Origin: Mobula birostris
Lineage: Eukaryota
Direction of reading: 5' to 3'
Length of the DNA stretch: 64,000 nucleotides
Assembly: GCF_030028105.1 (NCBI RefSeq)
Contig: NC_092377.1
Span: 4,593,079 to 4,657,078, forward strand
The stretch's first letter is position 1, and each line of letters begins with the position of its first letter. A model generated the notes under the pieces. It did no database searches. It had not been told where the DNA came from and saw only the letters and a program-made list of their open reading frames with translations. Of this stretch, positions 56,820-64,000 are shown in pieces. The position numbers and the translations under genes are program-made.

Positions 56820-57600
56820 GATAGAACATAGAATAGTACAGCACATTACAGGCCCTTCAGCCCACAATGTTGTGCCGACCATCAGACCCTGCCTCCCATA
56901 TAACCCCCCCCCACCTTAGATTCCTCCATATACCTGTCTAGTAGTCTCTTAAACTTCACTAGTGTATCTGCCTCCACCACTGACTCAGGCAGTGCATTCC
57001 ACGCACCAACCACTCTCTGAGTAAAAAACCTTCCTCTAATATCCCCCTTGAACTTCCCACCCCTTACCTTAAAGCCATGTCCTCTTGTATTGAGCAGTGG
57101 TGCCCTGGGGAAGAAGTGCTGGCTGTCCACTCTATCCATTCCTCTTAGTATCTTGTACACCTCTATCATGTCTCCCATCCTCCTTCTCTCCAAAGAGTAA
57201 AGCCCTAGCTCTCTTAATCTCTGATCATAATGCATACACTCTAAACCAGGCAGCATCCTGGTAAATCTCCTCTGTACCCTTTCCAATGCTTCCACATCCT
57301 TCCTATAGTGAGGTGACCAGAACTGGACACAGTACTCCAAGTGTGGCCTAACCAGAGTTTTATAGAGCTGCATCATTACATCGTGACTCTTAAACTCTAT
57401 CCCTCGACTTATGAAAGCTAACACCCCATAAGCTTTCTTAACTACCCTATCCACCTGTGAGGCAACTTTCAGGGATCTGTGGACATGTACCCAGAGATCC
57501 CTCTGCTCCTCCACACTACCAAGTATCCTGCCATTTACTTTGTACTCTGCCTTGGAGTTTGTCCTTCCAAAGTTACCACCTCACACTTCTCCGGGTTGAA
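56820..57600 (-). mobile_element. Young CR1 3' fragment of the same subfamily as 59231-62993
   Basis: ORF 56882..57514 is nearly identical to the 62230-62990 region. Confidence 0.88.
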
Positions 57601-57789
57601 CTCTGTCTGATATAAGTACATAGCTTCATCGCACATCTGTATTTTGCACTATTACTGTTTAATGCACATTTTGTATTCTTTTTCACACCTCAATGCTTAC
57701 ATTTTGTATTTTAAGGTATATATATATTTCTCACTGAGCAATCTTGCAACAATAGGATAAATAAAGTTTTATCTGATCTTATGTATCTG

Positions 57790-58430
57790 TTTCATTCTTT
57801 TCTGGCTCTGGTTGGCTCAGTGGGTTCTGTTTTCAGTTTCATCAGGAATATTGCCACAATGTTCTTGTCCTATAATGGCACACGTTCCTCCTTTCTCAGC
57901 TAAAATAGAATCTAAGGCCATCCTGTTTTGCAAGGCCACAGTCTGAATGGCTATTACTTCAGAAGTTAAAGGCAGTTAATCTGCCTTTGTGTATCCTCCA
58001 AGGCTGAGGCAATGCCCTTAGCTAATTTTTCAAGGGTGAAGTCATATTAATCAGTTCCCGTGCCACTTTCCCTATCCCATAATAAGGGAAGTCTATCATC
58101 CAGAACTCCTCTGTGCTTATAATCACCCTTTTCTTCTGCAAGAGAGTAAGGAGGGGTTGGGTCATGAGAGTAATGTACCACAGGCACCACAAATCCAGGG
58201 TGACAGTATCCTGTCCAGTTAAAATGTAGCCGGAGTAAGTTCGATCCCCGCATTTCCAATATGTGACCACGGAGATCTTTCAGAAGTAATATGGTCACCA
58301 CACTGTAAACTAGAATTTTCTCTGCACATACTCATTCCTTTACATTGACCCATCTTAGCCATCTAACACCAGCACTTTTCAGCTGTCCAGTTAGCTCCAT
58401 GCAATCTTGGCATATTACGGTCTGTTAAAT
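57790..58430 (-). mobile_element. ERV env remnant (SU/TM boundary, fusion peptide, immunosuppressive domain)
   Basis: Minus strand: LQKKR cleavage-like site, FWMIDFPYYGIG, then LQNRMALDSILAEKGGTCAIIGQEHC (CKS-17-like, 57880-57933); frameshifted. Confidence 0.8.
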
Positions 58431-59298
58431 TGAATTGAATTGACTTCATTACTTACATCTTTCACATACATGAGGAGTAAAAATCATTACATTACATCTC
58501 CGCCTCAATGTGCAATCATAGTAATTTATAATAATTTATAATAAATAGAACAGTCAATGTAATACAGAGTACATCTAGATCAGCATCAGTTCATCAGTCT
58601 GATGGCCTGGTGGAAGAAGCTGTCTTGGAGCCTGTTGGTCCTGGCGCTTATGCTGCGGTACCACTTCCTGGATGGTAGCACATGGAATAGATTGTGGTTG
58701 GGATGACTTGGGTCCCCAATGATCCTATGGGCCCTTTTTTACACACCTGTCTTTGTAAATGTCCTGAATCATGGGAGGTTCACAACTACGGATGCGCTGG
58801 GCTGTCCACACCACTCTCTGCAGAGTCCTGTGATTGATGGAGGTACAGTTCCCATACCAGGCAGTGATGCAGCCAGTCAGGATGCTCTCAATTGTGCCCC
58901 TGTGGAAAGTTCTTAGGATCTGGGGACCCATACCAAACTTCCTCAACTGTCTGAAGTGAAAGAGCTGTTGTACATTTTTCACCACACAGCCGGTGTGGAC
59001 AGATCACGAGGTCCTCGGTGATGTGGATGCCGAGGAACTTAAAGTTGTTTACCCTCTCAACCCCAGATTCATTGATGTCAATAAGGGTTAGCCCGCCTCC
59101 ATTCCTCCTGTAGTCCACAACCAGTTCCTTTGTTTTTGCGACATTGAGGGAGAGGTTGTTTTCTTGACATCACTGTGTCAGAGAGATGACTTCTTCCCTG
59201 TAGGCCACCTCATTATTGTTTGAGATAAGGGAGAATGAGGCAGTCATAGATGAGAGCTACAGGGAGGTAGTCACACCTAGGCTGTCGGAAGCAGGTCG

Positions 59299-60006
59299 TT
59301 GGGTGACAGTCAGAAGGGGGAAAGCGAAGGTGAGCAGACAGGTAGTGAGAGCACCCCTGTAGCCATTCCCCTGAATAATAAGTTTACCGTCCTGGATACT
59401 GTTGGGGGGGACGACCGACCAGGTGTGAGCCACAGTGGCAGGGCCTCCGGCACTGAGTCTGACCCTGTGGTGCAGAAGGGTGGGACAGAGAAGAGGAGAG
59501 CTGTCATCATTGGAGACTCAATAGTCAGGGGAGCAGACAGGAGATTTTGTGGACGTGAGAAGGACACCCGCATGGTTTGTTGCCTCCCGGGTGCCAGGGT
59601 CCAGGATGTCTCTGACTGGGTGCATGACATCCTGCTACGAGAGGGAAAGCAACCAGAAGTTGTGATACATGTTGGGACCAACGACATAGGCAGGAAGAGG
59701 GATGAGGTCCTGAAGTGTGAGTTTCAGGAACTAGGCAGAAGGCTGAAGAACAGGACCTCAAGGGTGGCGTTCTCAGGATTGCTGCCAGTGCTACGTGACA
59801 GAGATGGTAAGAATTGGAGGAGATGGCAGTTGAATGCGTGGCTCAGGAGTTGGTGCAGGGAGCAGGGTTTTAGATTTTTAGATCATCAGGATCTCTTCTG
59901 GGGAAGGTGGGACCTGTACAGATTGGATGGGTTGCACCTGAACTCAAGGGGGAGCAATATCCTTGCAGATAGGTTTGCTAGCATGGTTCGGGAGGGTTTA
60001 AACTAA
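59299..60006 (+). pseudogene. CR1 ORF1p, SGNH esterase domain (N-terminus truncated)
   Basis: IIGDSIVRG, HVGTNDIG and DGLHLN blocks. Confidence 0.85.
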
Positions 60007-60041
60007 CTTGCGAGGGGGATGGGACCCAGAGTGATAGAGCA

Positions 60042-62900
60042 GTGAAAGAAGTGCATGGAGTAAAGCCAGATCTAACACACAGAGAGGCTTTGAGGAAAGA
60101 GAAGCAGAATAAACGGTGTAAAGACAGTAAGGTAGAAGGGCTGAAACGTGTGTACCTCAATGCAAGAAGCATCAGGAACAAAGGTGATGAACTGAGAGCT
60201 TGGATACATACATGGAATTATGATGTAGTGGCCATTACAGAGACTTGGCTGGCACCAGGGCAGGAATGGATTCTCAATATTCATGGATTTCAGTGCTTTA
60301 AAAGGGATAGAGAGAATGGAAAAAGGGGAGGAGGGGTGGCATTACTGGTCAGGGATACTATTACAGCTACAGAAAGGGTGGGTAATGTAGCAGGATCCTC
60401 TTTTGAGTCAATATGGGTGGAAGTCAGGAACAGGAAGGGAGCAGTTACTCTATTGGGGGTATTCTATAGGGCCCCTGGTAGCAGCAGAGATACAGAGGAG
60501 CCGATTGGGAGGCAGATTTTGGAAAGGTGCAAAAATAACAGGGTTGTTATCATTGGTGACTTTAACTTCCCTAATACTGATTGGCACCTGATTAGTAGCA
60601 AGGGTTTAGATGGGGCAGAGTTTGTTAAGTGTGTCCAGGACGGATTCCTGTCACAGTATGTGGACAGGCCAACTGGGGGGAATTCCATACTAGATCTAGT
60701 ACTAGGTAATGAACTGGGTCAGGTCACAGATCTCTCAGTGGGTGAGCATCTGGGGGACAGTGACCACCACTCCCTGGCCTTTAGCATTATCATGGAAAAG
60801 GATAGAATCAGAGAGCACAGGAAAATTTTTAATTGGGGAAAGGCAAATTATGAGGCTATAAGGCTAGAACTTGCGGGTGTGAATTGGGATGATGTTTTTG
60901 CAGGGAAATGTACTATGGACATGTGGTCGATGTTTAGAGATCTTTTGCGGGATGTAAGGGATAAATTTGTCCCGGTGAGGAAGATAAAGAATGGTAGGGT
61001 GAAGGAACCATGGGTGACAAGTGAGGTGGAAAATCTAGTCAGGAGGAAGAAGGCAGCATACATGAGGTTTAGGAAGCAAGGATCAGATGGGTCTATTGAG
61101 GAATATAGGGAAGTAAGAAAGGAGCTTAAGAAGGGGCTGAGAAGAGCAAGAAGGGGGCATGAGAAGGCCTTGGCGAGTAGGGTAAAGGAAAACCCCAAGG
61201 CATTCTTCAATTATGTGAAGAAAAAAAGGATGACAGGAGTGAAGGTAGGACCGATTAGAGATAAAGGTGGGAAGATGTGCCTGGAGGCTGTGGAAGTGAG
61301 CGAGGTCCTCAATGAATACTTCTCTTCAGTATTCACCAATGAGATGGAACTTGATGATGGTGAGGACAATATGAGTGAGGTTGAGGTTCTGGAACATGTT
61401 GATATTAAGGGAGAGGAGGTGTTGGAGTTGTTAAAATACATTAGGATGGATAAGTCCCCGGGGCCTGACGGAATATTCCCAAGGCTGCTCCATGAGGCGA
61501 GAGAAGAGATTGCTGAGCCTCTGGCGAGGATCTTTATGTCCTCGTTGTCCACGGGAATGGTACTGGAGGATTGGAGGGAAGCAAATGTTGTCCCCTTATT
61601 CAAAAAAGGTAGTAGGGATAGTTTGGGTAATTATAGACCAGTGAGCCTTACGTCTGTGGTGGGAAAGCTGTTGGAAAAGATTCTTAGAGATAGGATCTAT
61701 AGGCATTTAGAGAATCATGATCTGATCAGGGACAGTCAGCATGGCTTTGTGAAGGGCAGATCGTGTCTAACAAGCCTGATAGAGTTCTTTAAGGAGGTGA
61801 CCAGGCATATAGATGAGGGTAGTGCAGTGGATGTGATCTATATGGATTTTAGTAAGGCATTTGACAAGGCTCCACACGGTAGGCTTATTCAGGAAGTCAG
61901 AAGGCATGGGATCCAGGGAAGTTTGGCCAGGTGGATTCAGAATTGGCTTGTCTGCAGAAGGCAGAGGGTGGTGGTGGAGGGAGTACATTCAGATTGGAGG
62001 ATTGTGGCTAGTGGTGTCCCACAGGGATCTGTTCTGGACCCCTACTTTTCATGATTTTTATTAACGACCTGGATGTGGGGGTAGAAGGGTGGGTTGGCTA
62101 GTTTGCAGACGACACAAAGGTTGGTGGTGCTGTAGTTAGTGTAGAGGATTGTCAAAGATTGCAGAGAGACATTGATAGGATGCAGAAGTGGGCTGAGAAG
62201 TGGCAGATGGAGTTCAACCCGGAGAAGTGTGAGGTGGTACACTTTGGAAGGACAAACTCCAAGGCAGAGTACAAAGTAAATGGCAGGATACTTAGTAGTG
62301 TGGAGGAGCAGAGGTATCTCGAGGTACATGTCCACAGATCCCTGAAAGTTGCCTCACAGGCGGATAGGGTAGTTAAGAAAGCTTATGGGGTGTTAGCTTT
62401 CATAAATCGAGGGATAGAGTTTAAGAGTCGCAATGTAATGATGCAGCTCTATAAAATTCTGGATCGGCCACACTTGGAGTACTGTGTCCAGTTCTGGTCG
62501 CCTCACTATAGGAAGGATGTGGAAGCATTGGAAAGGGTACAGAGGAGATTTACCAGAATGCTGCCTGGTTTAGAGAGTATGTATTAGGATCAGAGATTAA
62601 GGGAGCTAGGGCTTTACTCTTTGGGGAGAAGAAGGATGAGAGGAGACATGATAGAGGCATACAAGATATTAAGAGGAATAGATAGAGTGGAGAGCCAGCG
62701 CCTCTTCCCCAGGGCACCACTGCTCAATACAAGAGGACATGGCCTTAAGGTAAGGGGTGGGAAGTTCAAGGGGGGATATTAGAGGAAGGTTATTTACTCA
62801 GCGAGTGGTTGGTGCGTGGAATGCACTGCCTGAGTCAGTGGTGGAGGCAGATACACTAGTGAAGTTTAAGAGACTACTAGACAGGTATATGGAGGAATTT
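60042..62900 (+). pseudogene. CR1 ORF2p (APE endonuclease plus RT), disrupted by a frameshift at about 62042 and a stop at 62585
   Basis: 670-aa open frame (YLNARSIRNK, ITETW, GDFN, SDH, PGPDG, YRPVSLTS, GVPQGS), then FADD in a shifted frame. Confidence 0.9.
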
Positions 62901-64000
62901 AAGTTGTGGGCTTATATGGGAGGCAGGGTTTGAGGGTCAGCACAACATTGTGGGCCAAAGGGCCTGTTCTGTGCTGTACTATTCTATGTTCTATGAGATT
63001 AGGCCAATCAATGTAGTGTCATTGGCAAATTTAATTAGAAGATTAGAGCTGTGCATGGCGACACAGTCATGGGTATACAGGGAGTAAAGGACGGGACTTA
63101 GTACACAGCCCTGAGGGGCTTCTGTGTTGAGAATCAGAGGGGTGGTGGTGGAGCTCACTCTATCACCTACCCGTGATCTGCCATGAAGTCCAGGATCCAG
63201 TTGCACAAGGCAGGGTCAAGTCCGAGGTTTCTGAGCTTCTTGTCGAGCCTGGATGGAACTATGGTGTTAAATGCTGAAATGTAGTCCAAGAAATGCATCC
63301 TCACATAAGCATCCTTCTTCTCCAGATGTGTAAGGACGGTATGTAGAGCAGCGGCTGTTGTGTCATCTGTCGATCAGTTGTATCGGCAGGTGAACTGTAG
63401 GGGTCCAGTTTGGGTGGTAGCAAGCTGCAGATGTAATCCTTGACCAGCCTCTCAAAGCATTTGCTTATTATTGAGGTGAGTGCGACAGGACATTAGTCAC
63501 TCAGGCATGTTACCTTGGTCTTTTTTGATGCAGGGACAATGGTGGATAATTTGAAGCAGGAGGGCACTCTACACTGAGAGAGGGAGGGATTAAAAACGTC
63601 TGTAAGCACACCTGCCAGTTGTGCCGCACACATCCTGAGTACTCGCCCTGGGATGCCGACCGGTCGGTCCTGTAGCCTTGTGACTGTCCACTCGTTGGAA
63701 AAGTCTGCGTACCTCAGCCTCAGAGGTGACCAGGTTGCAGGTTGTAGCAGTGGCTTTCCTCGGAGACTCAGAGTTACCAACATCGAACCGAGCGTGAAAG
63801 TGACTGAGCTCACCTGGGAGAGAGGCCGCGATGTTGGTGGCACCACAACGTTTGGTTTTGAAGTCTGCGGAGGTATGCAACTCTCGCCACAAATCATGTG
63901 TGCTATTCCTTGTGAATCTCGATTCAATCTTGTCCCTGTATTGTTGTTTCACAGCCTTGATAGCTTTGTGCAGATCGTAGCTGCTTTTCTTGAGCTCTAG

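Larger units (their letters stand above)
59231..62993 (+). mobile_element. Near-complete 5'-truncated CR1 LINE with 10-bp TSD
   Basis: TSD tgagat(a/t)agg at 59221-59230 and 62994-63003; ORF1 esterase plus ORF2; ttctatg tail. Confidence 0.92.
58430..64000 (-). mobile_element. Rex1/Babar LINE interrupted by a CR1
   Basis: APQGCVLSP.LYSLYTHDC..KFANDTT (62991..63206) continues at 59220 (FKFLGIHITEDL; FGM..IL..F.RGTIESILTGCITAWYG). Confidence 0.82.

Overview
Eukaryotic, repeat-dominated genomic DNA. By inference it is from a cartilaginous fish, probably a ray, given the CR1, Rex1/Babar, L2, Penelope, V-SINE and CORE-SINE content. Most ORFs in the supplied track are retroelement fragments. Embedded in these repeats is one coherent + strand spliced gene that the ORF track shows only in part. 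It has five Ig V-set exons (5365-5727, 11503-11847, 14057-14404, 28295-28639, 35253-35600), each carrying its own germline-fused J-like G strand (F/H/Y/D-G-x-G-T-Q-L-x-V-T), with no RSS at the V-J junction. These are followed by a transmembrane exon (41350-41494) and three small cytoplasmic exons (43269-43312, 49316-49359, 53797-53910) encoding ITSM-ITIM-ITSM motifs. All splice phases chain in frame (1-1 x5, 1-2, 2-1, 1-0, 0-stop), giving about 698 aa plus a leader exon I could not find, probably upstream of the window. The model is a non-rearranging multi-VJ inhibitory immune receptor. The V2-V3 pair was duplicated within the gene to give V4-V5. Intronic elements include a retrovirus-type ERV with a tRNA-Asn PBS, a Gmr1-type Gypsy, a deleted Gypsy, a hAT-like element with a 6-bp TSD and several Penelope fragments carrying minimal hammerhead ribozyme motifs. 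Downstream of the gene are an ERV env fragment and a near-complete CR1 nested in a Rex1 element. Splice sites, TSDs and codon counts were read by hand; repeat boundaries and intron identities are approximate.
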